Of a DNA stretch of 40,007 nucleotides, positions 18,783-27,986 are shown in pieces (within the stretch, counting starts at the first letter, position 1; every line of letters starts with the position of its first letter). This stretch comes from Omnitrophica bacterium GWA2_41_15 (GTDB taxonomy: Bacteria > Omnitrophota > Gorgyraeia > Ghiorseimicrobiales > Ghiorseimicrobiaceae), in the NCBI GenBank assembly GCA_919902105.1, contig CAKKQO010000028.1, positions 49,220 through 89,226 on the forward strand, read 5' to 3'. Under the pieces are notes generated by a model that was not told where the DNA came from, searched no databases, and worked only from the letters and a program-made list of their open reading frames with translations. The translations under genes were made by a program, and so were the position numbers.

Positions 18783-18811
18783 AATATAGCACAACCACAA
18801 CCCCTCGTCAA
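18783..18811 (-). promoter_or_regulatory. sigma70-type promoter for the pur operon
   Basis: Minus strand TTGACG, 17-bp spacer, TATATT, with a TGn extension. Confidence 0.7.
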
Positions 18812-18844
18812 TCAAAAATCTGACGACTGTCGTTTAGATTTTGA

Positions 18845-18876
18845 TTGATGCCTGCCTGCCATCAGGCAGGCATCAA
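18845..18876. repeat. Perfect 14-bp-stem palindrome TTGATGCCTGCCTG-ccat-CAGGCAGGCATCAA
   Basis: Read directly; overlaps a longer imperfect inverted repeat at ~18806-18850. Confidence 0.8.
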
Positions 18877-18903
18877 AAGCCTTTGCGGTGCAAGATAAGA
18901 AAG

Positions 18904-20082
18904 TTAAACGCTATTCTCGCTATTATGTATTTTATTGATTAAAGGCAGGCATAAAAAGCTGGTTACAGCCGATATGATTATTAGCCATTTCAAGCCTATG
19001 GTAGGCAACAGGTATGCTCCCGATAAATTACTAGCGGTCAGCGCCAAATTATTGGCGCTGCAAAGCAGGGCAAAAGAAGTCGCCTCAAGCCCTTTTGTGG
19101 TGTTTTGCGCCATAAAGTCCATTACCATTAAGAAGATAAACATCCCGATGAAGCTATAGACGATATCGTAAACAATCGCGCTTTGCGGCGTATAATAAAG
19201 GTAACTCAATGTGATTATTGCGCCCAGAAAAACTGAAAAAAAGAGCCATTTTTTGATATTTATTTTAGCGCTAAATTTATAATACAGCAGCGAACCGATT
19301 ATCCCGCAGGCCGTGCTGATTGTGCCTAAAACCCCTATCCAGACTTTACTCCATTTAAAGGCATCACGCTGGATAAAAAAAAGCGGCGTGCCGAAAGAAG
19401 GGGAATACTTATAAAGAAAAATGAATAATGCGACAATGATTAACCTTTTATCGCTGAATAATTTCTTTAAATCGGCCAATAAGTAACTTTTAGGGCCGCT
19501 GGCTCTTGGCGTAACGTGCAATTCGCGGTAAAAATGCGCGATAAGGCCCACTAAAACATAAACCGGAATCAGCGCTAAAAATCCCATCCTGTACCCCCAT
19601 CTTTGCGCTATATATCCCCCTCCTATTCCGGTAATCAAACCCGCAACCGAAATAGATATCCATTGCACGCTCTGGATTTTGCCGGTCACTTTATGCTCCT
19701 TACCCTCCACGCACATAATCCCGTCTACGGCCACATCGCGGAATGCGGAATTGGTAGAATTTAACAATATAAGGCTAACCAGCATAACAATAGGCAGGGT
19801 ATTTAAACCTAGGAATAAAACCGTAGTTATATCTAAGACAAGAGAAATAAAAATCCAAGCCTTTCTATTAAAGAAATTATCGATAACGTAGCCAATAACC
19901 GGCTTTACCATCCAGGCAAGGGTAGTAATACTGCCGATAAACATTATCTTTTCCGGGGAAAAATTTAAAGTTTCCTTGAGATAGTAAAATAAGCCCTGGG
20001 AAGGAAGGCCTTCTATGCCTTGGGTAAAATATACCGCGCTGCTTAGCGCAAATAACCAAAATAAATTCTTCTTTTTTTCCAT
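18904..20082 (-). CDS. MFS transporter, folate-biopterin (BT1) family-like
   Basis: About 12 TM segments; VYFTQG, W.VKP..G..D, DVAVDG and G.EAT.FA. Confidence 0.8.
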   Translation of the reverse strand: MEKKKNLFWLFALSSAVYFTQGIEGLPSQGLFYYLKETLNFSPEKIMFIGSITTLAWMVKPVIGYVIDNFFNRKAWIFISLVLDITTVLFLGLNTLPIVMLVSLILLNSTNSAFRDVAVDGIMCVEGKEHKVTGKIQSVQWISISVAGLITGIGGGYIAQRWGYRMGFLALIPVYVLVGLIAHFYRELHVTPRASGPKSYLLADLKKLFSDKRLIIVALFIFLYKYSPSFGTPLFFIQRDAFKWSKVWIGVLGTISTACGIIGSLLYYKFSAKINIKKWLFFSVFLGAIITLSYLYYTPQSAIVYDIVYSFIGMFIFLMVMDFMAQNTTKGLEATSFALLCSANNLALTASNLSGAYLLPTIGLKWLIIISAVTSFLCLPLINKIHNSENSV

Positions 20083-20094
20083 GTCATTACTTTT

Positions 20095-21258
20095 CTATGT
20101 AAAAATAATATTTGCTAAGTATCCGATGACTATAATCTGCGGGACAGTGACTATGGGCATCCAGATAGCAACCCGCCTGCCTACATTTAGCCATAAAAGG
20201 CCGATTTCGGTATAGTCCGTAGCCACACCTGCCATCAAAAATACAAAACTATTTCCCAATGCTCCGGTTCTCTTGTATATCTCAAAGGCAAGCGGGCTTG
20301 AACCTTCGGAACAGACCTCAATTACTGTAGCCAAAGCCAATGTAACAAGCAAACCAAAAAATGTAGGCCCCATAAAACGATGAAAAAAATGCACAGGAAT
20401 ATAGGCGCCGGCAAAACTTGCAATAAGTATCCCTAATATAACCCACCATAAAATCATCTCGGATAACCCCCAAGCCCCGGCCATAATCCCTTTTAAATCA
20501 GCATTAATCGTATCAAGGTTAAAACTGTAATTTTTAGCGCGTTTTTTAAAATCGGCGAAAACAGAAAATCCCTCTTCTATTTCAATTGTATGCGTATTTT
20601 TTTCGATTAGACCGATTTTTTCTAAAAACATAAATATAAAACCGGTATTAATCGCGACGGCAAGCGCAGAGAGAATAATAAATAATCCTTTAAGGCCGAA
20701 TAAACTGATAAGCATTACTGTAATTGTAAAATTTGCCCAGGGGCTGGCTAAGAGAAAGCTGACTAAGGCCGGGTTTGACGCCCCTTTTTTATGTAACTGC
20801 ATCGACAACGCAAGAATACCATGGCTGCAGGCGCTCATTAAAAAACCTAAAAACACTGCATTAAATATTGTCCGCGGCCTCCTCTGAGAGAGAACTTTTG
20901 AGATATATTCCTGCGGCACATAATAATCGATAATCCCGCCAAGGAGTAATCCCAGGAATATCGCCCACCAGATAACCTTAAGATAACCAAGAAATGCTTG
21001 ACGCCAAGGCATAAAAAAAGGCAGGAAAAAAGAAACGATAACTAATAGGCTGGATAGAGCGATTACTATAAATAATTTATCTTTAAAAAATACGGTTGAT
21101 TTTTGCGGCTGACAAACCTTTGCGTCAATTATACCTTTTTGTTTAATAAATTTATCTTTACAGTGATTGCTACAGAAAAAATATTCTTTTCCGCCGCTTA
21201 TTACTTTAACGGCAGACTTTGAATTTATAGACATTCCGCAAATTGGATCTTTAGGCAT
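20095..21258 (-). CDS. YHS-domain plus DUF318/ArsP-type permease
   Basis: KDPICGM..YFFCS..C YHS motif; duplicated CSHG/CSEG membrane motifs. Confidence 0.8.
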   Translation of the reverse strand: MPKDPICGMSINSKSAVKVISGGKEYFFCSNHCKDKFIKQKGIIDAKVCQPQKSTVFFKDKLFIVIALSSLLVIVSFFLPFFMPWRQAFLGYLKVIWWAIFLGLLLGGIIDYYVPQEYISKVLSQRRPRTIFNAVFLGFLMSACSHGILALSMQLHKKGASNPALVSFLLASPWANFTITVMLISLFGLKGLFIILSALAVAINTGFIFMFLEKIGLIEKNTHTIEIEEGFSVFADFKKRAKNYSFNLDTINADLKGIMAGAWGLSEMILWWVILGILIASFAGAYIPVHFFHRFMGPTFFGLLVTLALATVIEVCSEGSSPLAFEIYKRTGALGNSFVFLMAGVATDYTEIGLLWLNVGRRVAIWMPIVTVPQIIVIGYLANIIFT

Positions 21259-21266
21259 ACGTCAGT

Positions 21267-21304
21267 AAAAACCCTCGCACCTAATCTATAGATGCGAGGG
21301 TTTA
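21267..21304 (-). terminator. Intrinsic terminator-like hairpin
   Basis: AAACCCTCGCA..TGCGAGGGTTT stem with T-tracts on both strands. Confidence 0.7.
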
Positions 21305-21321
21305 TTTATTAGTTCTATCAA

Positions 21322-21861
21322 TTAATTTAACCTGCCCTTACGCATAAATTCAGCCAATATTTTCTGAATATCTCCTTCAGCAGATTTAGCAACCTGCGTA
21401 CAGATAAAAATAAGCACAGAAAATTGCCAGCAATCCTCAGAACCTGTTATCAAGCCTGTATTTACATTCTCTTCTCTTTGCAGTTTGTTTAAATAAAAAT
21501 CGACTGCCTTATCGAGGCAGCCTTCGTAAACATCCAAGAAGTTAGTTTTGTTGTTATACTTAAAAGACGGAAAACTCACCCCTCTAACCAAGAGAAAATT
21601 CATAAAGGTGTCTTCGCTAAAAGGAAAACTCTCCTTAAAATCAAAACCCTCAAATTGGGGAAGATTAAAAGGCAGGACTATCGATGGCTTATCTACGACT
21701 ATCTCGCCATATCTTACCACTGTATCGCCGGGATTTAGCGAAGACTCTGTGAGAAAAACATAAGGCAACTTAGTCGCAGAAAATGTATGCAATTCCTGCA
21801 CCCGCGGCCTGATTATTTTAGTACTGTTTACTGCTTTCTGCCAGCTTTCTTGTATATCCAT
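21322..21861 (-). CDS. Hypothetical protein, probably leaderless
   Basis: 179-aa ORF from the ATG at 21861, 7 nt downstream of a -10 box; no family recognised. Confidence 0.7.
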   Translation of the reverse strand: MDIQESWQKAVNSTKIIRPRVQELHTFSATKLPYVFLTESSLNPGDTVVRYGEIVVDKPSIVLPFNLPQFEGFDFKESFPFSEDTFMNFLLVRGVSFPSFKYNNKTNFLDVYEGCLDKAVDFYLNKLQREENVNTGLITGSEDCWQFSVLIFICTQVAKSAEGDIQKILAEFMRKGRLN

Positions 21862-21868
21862 AATGGTG

Positions 21869-21896
21869 ATTCTATCACAGCCGGATATTTTGTCAA
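21869..21896 (-). promoter_or_regulatory. sigma70-type promoter
   Basis: TTGACA, 16-bp spacer, TAGAAT, with TGn. Confidence 0.7.
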
Positions 21897-21930
21897 TACC
21901 CATTGCGGCTTAAACTTCCTTAAGATAGAC

Positions 21931-21971
21931 AATCTGCGAGAATCTGCGTTGGATCTGCGTTAATCTGCGTT
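21931..21971. repeat. Decamer tandem repeat (AATCTGCGTT-like)x4
   Basis: Read directly; intergenic. Confidence 0.85.
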
Positions 21972-21975
21972 TTAT

Positions 21976-22452
21976 TTAATCTAACAAATCCTCAAACATC
22001 TCCTCATGCTTTATTTCTTCGGAAAGGATATGGCAGACTAATTGATAAGTAGCATGGTCTTTGCCCTGAGTCTTTGCCGCAAGTTTATTATAGACGTCAA
22101 TCGCCCCGGCTTCTGCCTCAGTCACGGTCTTGATAATACCTTTATAGTCGTTAGTCTCTTTCGGTGGCTTCGGATACGGTGCATTGGCATTTTTTTCTAT
22201 TTCCATCGGGTTGGCGATCGGAAGCCCTCCTAACTCTATTATCCTATTAGCTAACTCATCCGCATGTTCTTCTTCTTCCTTGGCAATTTTTTCCAAAAAT
22301 TCGCTCATATCCTCATAGCCGGGCCCGGTAACAATCCTTGCCATATACCACCAAGAATAATATGCCAGCCATTCATCACAATATGCCTTGTTCAAATCCT
22401 TGATCAAATCTTTTACATCAAGTGCTGCTACTTTAATTGACTGCTTTCCCAT
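21976..22452 (-). CDS. Dps-like (DPSL)/bacterioferritin-family di-iron protein
   Basis: LNKAYCDEW.AYY, EEEHA..LANRIIELGG, EAGAI and EEIKHE; RBS GAGGAGG before the ATG at 22452. Confidence 0.88.
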   Translation of the reverse strand: MGKQSIKVAALDVKDLIKDLNKAYCDEWLAYYSWWYMARIVTGPGYEDMSEFLEKIAKEEEEHADELANRIIELGGLPIANPMEIEKNANAPYPKPPKETNDYKGIIKTVTEAEAGAIDVYNKLAAKTQGKDHATYQLVCHILSEEIKHEEMFEDLLD

Positions 22453-22515
22453 CTTGCACCTCCTCAATGACGAGACAAGTTATGGAAGCCTTAGCCTGAC
22501 ATAACTTGTATGTCG

Positions 22516-22580
22516 GAATTGATACCGAAAGCTGCGATAAAAATTTTCCCAAAATTTTTGAAGCGTTTCGCTTTCGGTAT
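22516..22580. repeat. ~65-bp long-hairpin repeat, copy 2
   Basis: GAATTGA-TACCGAAAGC-TGC..AAAAATTT-loop-AAATTTTT-GAAGCG..GCTTTCGGTA. Confidence 0.8.
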
Positions 22581-22696
22581 ATCCTTAATTAACCAACTTT
22601 GCAAACTGCTCGTTCTCTACTCCCCGCATCTATTTCCTCGAGCCCTTTTTCTTCCCGCATCCCTTTTTACCGCAAGCCATAATATTCACCTCTCTT

Positions 22697-23611
22697 TCAT
22701 TCCTTCTCTGCCAAATACCTAAAAGCGCTTAATGCCGCCTTTGAACCTTCTCCTGCCGCAATAATTATTTGTTTCTCCGGCACATCGGTCACATCGCCTG
22801 CGGCAAAAACACCGCCAATATTAGTGCGGTTATAGCTATCTACCTTAATTTCTCCTAATTCGTTCTTTTCTACCAAGCCAGCAAACTCTGAATTAGGAAT
22901 AAGGCCAATTTCTACAAAAACTCCTTCTACCGCCACATCTTTTTCTTTATTATCTTTTTTTATCCTAATAGCGTTAACCAGATTATCCCCTAATATAGCA
23001 CTAACCTGCGCATTATTCAAGATAGTTACATTTTTAGCGGATATAACCTTCTGGCGCATTACCACATCGCCGCCTAAATTAGGAGTATTATTAATGATAT
23101 AAACATGCAGAGCAAGGTTTATTAACTGTAACGCCGCATCTAAGGCAGAGTTACCACCGCCGATGATAGAAACAGTCTTACCTCTAAATAGCGGTCCGTC
23201 GCAGGTCGCGCAATAAGTAAGCCCCTTGTTTTTAAATTCTTTCTCTCCGGGGACTTTTAACTCTCGCGACCTTTTGCCGGAAGCAATAATTATTGTCTTT
23301 GACGAATACCTGCCTCTAGTTGTCACAACCTCAAACAATCCTTCGTTAGTTTTATTAATACCGACCGCTCCTTCGTTCTCTTTTAAATTTATATTAAATT
23401 TACGCAAGTGTTCTTCAAATTTAGCCGCCAATTCCGGGCCGCTGATAAACTGATAGCCGGTATAATTTTCTATATCTCCGCTCCATGCCGCCTGGCCGCC
23501 TATATCTTTCGTAACCACCAATACGCTTAAACCCTTACGCACTGCGTAAATGCTGGCGGTTATCCCTGCCGGGCCGGCACCGATAATGATCACATCGTAT
23601 AAATTTGTCAT
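22697..23611 (-). CDS. trxB: Thioredoxin reductase (AhpF C-terminal-like)
   Basis: GAGPAG, CATCD, GGGNSA and FAAGD. Confidence 0.9.
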   Translation of the reverse strand: MTNLYDVIIIGAGPAGITASIYAVRKGLSVLVVTKDIGGQAAWSGDIENYTGYQFISGPELAAKFEEHLRKFNINLKENEGAVGINKTNEGLFEVVTTRGRYSSKTIIIASGKRSRELKVPGEKEFKNKGLTYCATCDGPLFRGKTVSIIGGGNSALDAALQLINLALHVYIINNTPNLGGDVVMRQKVISAKNVTILNNAQVSAILGDNLVNAIRIKKDNKEKDVAVEGVFVEIGLIPNSEFAGLVEKNELGEIKVDSYNRTNIGGVFAAGDVTDVPEKQIIIAAGEGSKAALSAFRYLAEKE

Positions 23612-23631
23612 ACTCTACATTAAGGCATAAG

Positions 23632-23868
23632 TTATATCCCTAACGCCTGCTTTATCCTTTCCTTATCAAATCCAATAATAATCTCACCTTCAATGTCTAA
23701 TACCGGAACCCCCATTTGCCCGGACTTTTTAATCATCTCTTGAGCCTTAGCATGGTCAGCTGATACATCAATATTCTCAAACTGAATATTATTTTCCGTT
23801 AAGAACTGTTTTGCCCGAATGCAATATGGGCAGGTAGACGTACTATAGACCTTAACGGTTTTAGCCAT
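23632..23868 (-). CDS. Glutaredoxin (YruB/NrdH-like)
   Basis: CPYC, GQMGVP and IGFD. Confidence 0.93.
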   Translation of the reverse strand: MAKTVKVYSTSTCPYCIRAKQFLTENNIQFENIDVSADHAKAQEMIKKSGQMGVPVLDIEGEIIIGFDKERIKQALGI

Positions 23869-23888
23869 AGTTTCACCTTTATATTGTC

Positions 23889-24332
23889 TTAGAGGTCAGT
23901 CTCGTTAATCCATGCGCCGTGAATATTACAAAGTTCAATTACCGTAAGCTTGCCTTCCTTTGCCTTAAGATGCAGGCCTGCCGCTGGATTTAAGGTGAGC
24001 GGCGTCAAAATTACTCGCGAGATAAATTCAAGGTTTAGATAAAAATCAATATGCATAATAAAGTGTTTTTCTTCCATCGGGTGCTGGATTTGCCCAATTC
24101 TTGCATGCACATCTTGGCAGCCCTCTGGGATCAAACCGCATTTTTTAACTACCGCGATTGCCGGAATATGCTTTTTATCGGTCTCACCGAGGTTAACGTT
24201 ATCTGTAGGTGTTTTTATCGCGTCCTGTTTTTCTTCAAAGGCTTTCTTTTCTGCTCCGCATACCGGGCATTTTTCCGGAGCGCTTCCGTTTATTGAAATG
24301 TAGCCGCAAACCTTACAGACAAAACCTTTCAT
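23889..24332 (-). CDS. Rubredoxin-like domain plus superoxide reductase domain
   Basis: CKVC..CPVC; KHIP, HPM...H and CNIHG; RBS GAGGAGG before the ATG at 24332. Confidence 0.88.
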   Translation of the reverse strand: MKGFVCKVCGYISINGSAPEKCPVCGAEKKAFEEKQDAIKTPTDNVNLGETDKKHIPAIAVVKKCGLIPEGCQDVHARIGQIQHPMEEKHFIMHIDFYLNLEFISRVILTPLTLNPAAGLHLKAKEGKLTVIELCNIHGAWINETDL

Positions 24333-24383
24333 ACCCACCTCCTCACAAGAGGACACTCGCGCAATACAATTTAGCGCGAGGTG

Positions 24384-24956
24384 TCACTTTCTGACTGCAA
24401 CTTTTTTACCTAACTCAAATGCCTTCGTTAAATAATCAGGGTGTTTTAATATGGCCGCCTTTTCATCCACTCCTATACAAAATAATTCTTCTTTATAATC
24501 CGCATTTATCACGGAAAAGAAATTTCTAACAATAGATTTAGCATTGGCAAAAAAATCGCATCTGTCGGATGCCTCAACAGCAATAAATGCGCCGATTCTT
24601 TTTTTATCGGCAAATTTATTATTTTTAAATAAATGCTTTCCCCGCCAGGCGCACTGAAAACGATCAATCATCTTTTTTACCTGTGCGCTAAGCGAGCCAA
24701 AAAATATTGGCGAGGCAATAATTAAAACATCTGCTGCCATAACCTTTTTATGGATCTGGCGAAAATCATCGGCAATATTGCATTCGCCGCTATTTGGCAT
24801 ATCCTCACATTCCTGACAGCAGGAAAAACTAAGCTTATTTAATATAATTTTTTCTGTCTTTGCGCCGCAAGTATGCGCCCCTGCAAGCGCCTTATCCAAT
24901 AAAATATCGCTATTTCCGCCAATTCTCGGGCTGGCATTTATCCCTAAAACATTCAT
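24384..24956 (-). CDS. Flavodoxin-family / iron-sulfur flavoprotein (Isf-like)
   Basis: ASPR.GGNS, Cys cluster CCQEC..C, SPIFFG and IDR. Confidence 0.85.
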   Translation of the reverse strand: MNVLGINASPRIGGNSDILLDKALAGAHTCGAKTEKIILNKLSFSCCQECEDMPNSGECNIADDFRQIHKKVMAADVLIIASPIFFGSLSAQVKKMIDRFQCAWRGKHLFKNNKFADKKRIGAFIAVEASDRCDFFANAKSIVRNFFSVINADYKEELFCIGVDEKAAILKHPDYLTKAFELGKKVAVRK

Positions 24957-25417
24957 TTTTTTTCTTTAATATGCGCAGGTGTAAGATCAACTACTTCTTC
25001 CACCGCCATTTCAATTAAATATTTTGGGCTGGGTAAAAGCGCCTCGGGTTGATGCTTATGGCCTCGGTAACCTTGAATACTCCTAATTACCCGCTGGGTT
25101 ATCCGGCTGTTAAGATTATTTTCCCAATCGCTAATAACCCCGGCCTCAAGCTCTTCCTTATCAACTATCCTTGCCTTGCCTTTAAGGCAATATCCTTTAA
25201 ACTTATGTTCATCGACCGCGGTAATGCTTATATTGGGATTATTCTGCAGATTGTTAAATGTTCGGCCATGATAAAGATCGAGCAGATAAATCTTACCCTC
25301 CCTGCCTATCTTTACGATGCCTTTACAGGCGTTATGGCTTCTTCCTTGTTTATCAATAGTAGAAATAATCGTAAAGCTCTGATGCTCAAAAAAATCAACT
25401 ATTTCTTCACTCAGCAT
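24953..25417 (-). CDS. Pyridoxamine 5'-phosphate oxidase-like FMN-binding protein
   Basis: ISTID..G, T..NLQNNP.I and GYCLKGKA. Confidence 0.8.
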   Translation of the reverse strand: MLSEEIVDFFEHQSFTIISTIDKQGRSHNACKGIVKIGREGKIYLLDLYHGRTFNNLQNNPNISITAVDEHKFKGYCLKGKARIVDKEELEAGVISDWENNLNSRITQRVIRSIQGYRGHKHQPEALLPSPKYLIEMAVEEVVDLTPAHIKEKK

Positions 25418-25476
25418 ATCCGCATACTCCAAGCTGATTCTTTATCTCTTCGCCTTCTTCTTAGCTTTAGCAACTC

Positions 25477-26325
25477 TTAAACCAACCCCTCCAACATTTC
25501 CCTGACTTTTTTCTTCCTTTGCGAAACTGAGATTTCCTTTACTGTAAACTTCTCATTAAAAACAGGCGAATCTTTTTTATAAAAAACCCCTAAAGCAACC
25601 GGTGCATCCGTATTATAATCCCACTCCCTTATTTTCTTCAATGCTTCATTGTAATCAGAAAAGTTATGCTGCTTGAGCGCATAAACCTTCTGGTTATAAT
25701 AGTCATACAAATTAAAAAAGGTAACGCACACCTGCAGCACATCCACCAAAGAAAAACCCTTATGCATTATCGCCTCTTTTATAACATCTTTAAGTAAATC
25801 CATCCGGTTAGAATACCCCCGAGCGATAAAAGTTGCCCCGCTTGCAAGCATCAGCTCTAATGGATTAATCGGCAGTTCATTTGTTCCAGAAGGCGTAGAA
25901 CGGCCGCGAAAACCCAAAGGAGAAGTAGGGGTATATTGTCCTGTAGTGAGACCATAGACACGGTTATTATGGATAAGCATAGTGATATCAATATTACGTT
26001 TGGCGGCGAAAATTAGATGCTCTAAACCCTCGCCATAAGCATCGCCGTCTCCGGCAAATCCGATTACCTTTAAGTGCCCTTTGGCTATTTTAATTGCCTC
26101 GGCGACTGGAGTAACCCGGCCGTGTATAGAATAAAAACTATTGATATTTAGATAATCTACAATCTTGGCATGACAGCCGATGCCGGAAACCAAAACAATA
26201 TTTTCCGAAGGACATTCACCTCCCTCGAATATCTCGCGTAGAACCGTCTTTACCGCATTTAGGATGGCAAAATTTCCGCAACCCGGACACCAGCTATTTT
26301 TGGCGTAGGTTCCCAGCTCTCTCAT
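25477..26325 (-). CDS. 2-oxoacid:ferredoxin oxidoreductase beta subunit
   Basis: WCPGCG, SGIGC, HGR and GDGD..NN TPP motif. Confidence 0.95.
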   Translation of the reverse strand: MRELGTYAKNSWCPGCGNFAILNAVKTVLREIFEGGECPSENIVLVSGIGCHAKIVDYLNINSFYSIHGRVTPVAEAIKIAKGHLKVIGFAGDGDAYGEGLEHLIFAAKRNIDITMLIHNNRVYGLTTGQYTPTSPLGFRGRSTPSGTNELPINPLELMLASGATFIARGYSNRMDLLKDVIKEAIMHKGFSLVDVLQVCVTFFNLYDYYNQKVYALKQHNFSDYNEALKKIREWDYNTDAPVALGVFYKKDSPVFNEKFTVKEISVSQRKKKVREMLEGLV

Positions 26326-27974
26326 TAAAGCGCCTTTCTTACTTTTTCTTCTAATTCCTCAACCGAAAACGGCCTGCCGTCATATTTTAAGATTTTCTTA
26401 TCTACCCTAAAGCCAAACCCGGAAATCAGGCGCACGAATTGACCAGTAGCATTATTTTCTATGCAGATTATCTTTTCGCTACCCATAAGCGCTTTGCTTA
26501 ATTTCTCTTCGCAAAAAGGGCTAAGCACAGCTACGCATACCGCCTTTAATCCAAGATTTTCAGCAACCTCTACGCATACGCCCTTATTCGACCCCCAGCA
26601 TAATAAGATTGTTTCAGAGTTTAAATTGCCATACGCCTTTATTGTTGGATAATTCTCTAATTCCCCTATCAGATACTTTTCCTTACGCAGGCGCTTATCC
26701 TGCATCAAAACCACTGTGTTAGATTCTTCTGTGGTTATCCCAAATTCATCATGTTCATAGCTGTTTACTTTAATAACCGCATCCTTATCCGGCACAAAGG
26801 TTAAAGGTGAAATGCCGCTTTCACTCTCTGCATATCGCTTAAATTCTCCATTTCTATCCCATAAGAGAGGACTACATCCCTTGGGTTCCTCTATCGCGCC
26901 TATATCAAAGTTAAAACTGCCTTCGCTTAAATTTTTATCACTTAAGATAATTGCCGGTATCTGAAATTTCCAAGCAAAGTTTAAGGCAACCTGCGCCCAG
27001 AAATACGCCTCTTCGGCATCGCCGGGAGCTGCTACGAAACGGACAAATTCGCCTTGAGCGGCGTTTAAGGCAAAAAGCAATTCAGTCTGCCCGCTATATG
27101 TCGGCAGGCCCGTGCTTGGTCCGGGACGCTGTCCGAGTATAATTACTACCGGCAATTCTGCCATCCCAGAAAGACTCAGCCCTTCAGTCATCAAGCAAAA
27201 TCCTCCTCCGGAAGTCCCTACTGCCGCTTTTTTACCGACGTAGGCAAAACCCAGCGCCAAAAGCATTACTCCGATTTCGCTTTCCGGATGTATTACAGTA
27301 ATACCGAAATATTCTGCCTTCTCAGCTAAAAAGTGTAATAAACTCGAACTTGGCGTCATTGGATAGGCAATATAGGTATCAAGCCCTGCGCTATATAACC
27401 CAATACCTATTGCTTCGTTGCCTGTAACTAACGGTAATGCTTTTCTTGTAGTACTTTCAATTTTAACAACTCCGCTGACTGCTTCATAACCTCTTCTGGC
27501 AAGCCTCAAGTTTAAATCTATTTCCTTAGAAATATTCTTCCGAAAAACTTTTTCCAAAACCTCCCAGCTTAAATTCACCGCTTTACAAAGAGAACCGATA
27601 GCACAGGAATTACGCATTATTGCCAAAGCATTTTCTTCTTTGACTATTTTCTCCAGCGCCACCCCTATGCCTTCTGCTTTGGATAAATCGGAATTATAGA
27701 TGACAAGTGCCTCTTGCGCTAACTTATTTTTATGCAAGTCAACTGTGTCCTGATTTAAAGCGAGTAAAAAATTTATTTTATTTGTATGCGCTGAAATTCT
27801 TTTTTTGGAAAGTCTGATAATAGAAAAGTTATGACCGCCGCGGATTAAGGAAGGATAATCGTAATAAATATAAGCATGCCAGCCCAGTTGGCCGAATATC
27901 CGGGCGATTAATAAACCGGCCTGATTTATGCCGTCGCCGGCTTTCCCGCCGATTAAAATGGAAAATTCATCCAC
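26325..27974 (-). CDS. 2-oxoacid:ferredoxin oxidoreductase alpha (gamma-alpha fused) subunit
   Basis: GG.AG.G, IRGGHN, YPMTP, SGGGF and QRPGPSTGLPT. Confidence 0.95.
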   Translation of the reverse strand: MDEFSILIGGKAGDGINQAGLLIARIFGQLGWHAYIYYDYPSLIRGGHNFSIIRLSKKRISAHTNKINFLLALNQDTVDLHKNKLAQEALVIYNSDLSKAEGIGVALEKIVKEENALAIMRNSCAIGSLCKAVNLSWEVLEKVFRKNISKEIDLNLRLARRGYEAVSGVVKIESTTRKALPLVTGNEAIGIGLYSAGLDTYIAYPMTPSSSLLHFLAEKAEYFGITVIHPESEIGVMLLALGFAYVGKKAAVGTSGGGFCLMTEGLSLSGMAELPVVIILGQRPGPSTGLPTYSGQTELLFALNAAQGEFVRFVAAPGDAEEAYFWAQVALNFAWKFQIPAIILSDKNLSEGSFNFDIGAIEEPKGCSPLLWDRNGEFKRYAESESGISPLTFVPDKDAVIKVNSYEHDEFGITTEESNTVVLMQDKRLRKEKYLIGELENYPTIKAYGNLNSETILLCWGSNKGVCVEVAENLGLKAVCVAVLSPFCEEKLSKALMGSEKIICIENNATGQFVRLISGFGFRVDKKILKYDGRPFSVEELEEKVRKAL

Positions 27975-27986
27975 CCTATTCCCTTT

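Noticed and set aside
18730-18900. Purine or ZTP riboswitch upstream of purB
   Set aside because: The predicted leader is only ~45 nt with no recognisable aptamer; the large hairpins lie upstream of or over the promoter.
22600-22680. Pyrimidine-rich tract as a repeat array
   Set aside because: It is possibly a decayed heptamer array, but the units are too degenerate to define.
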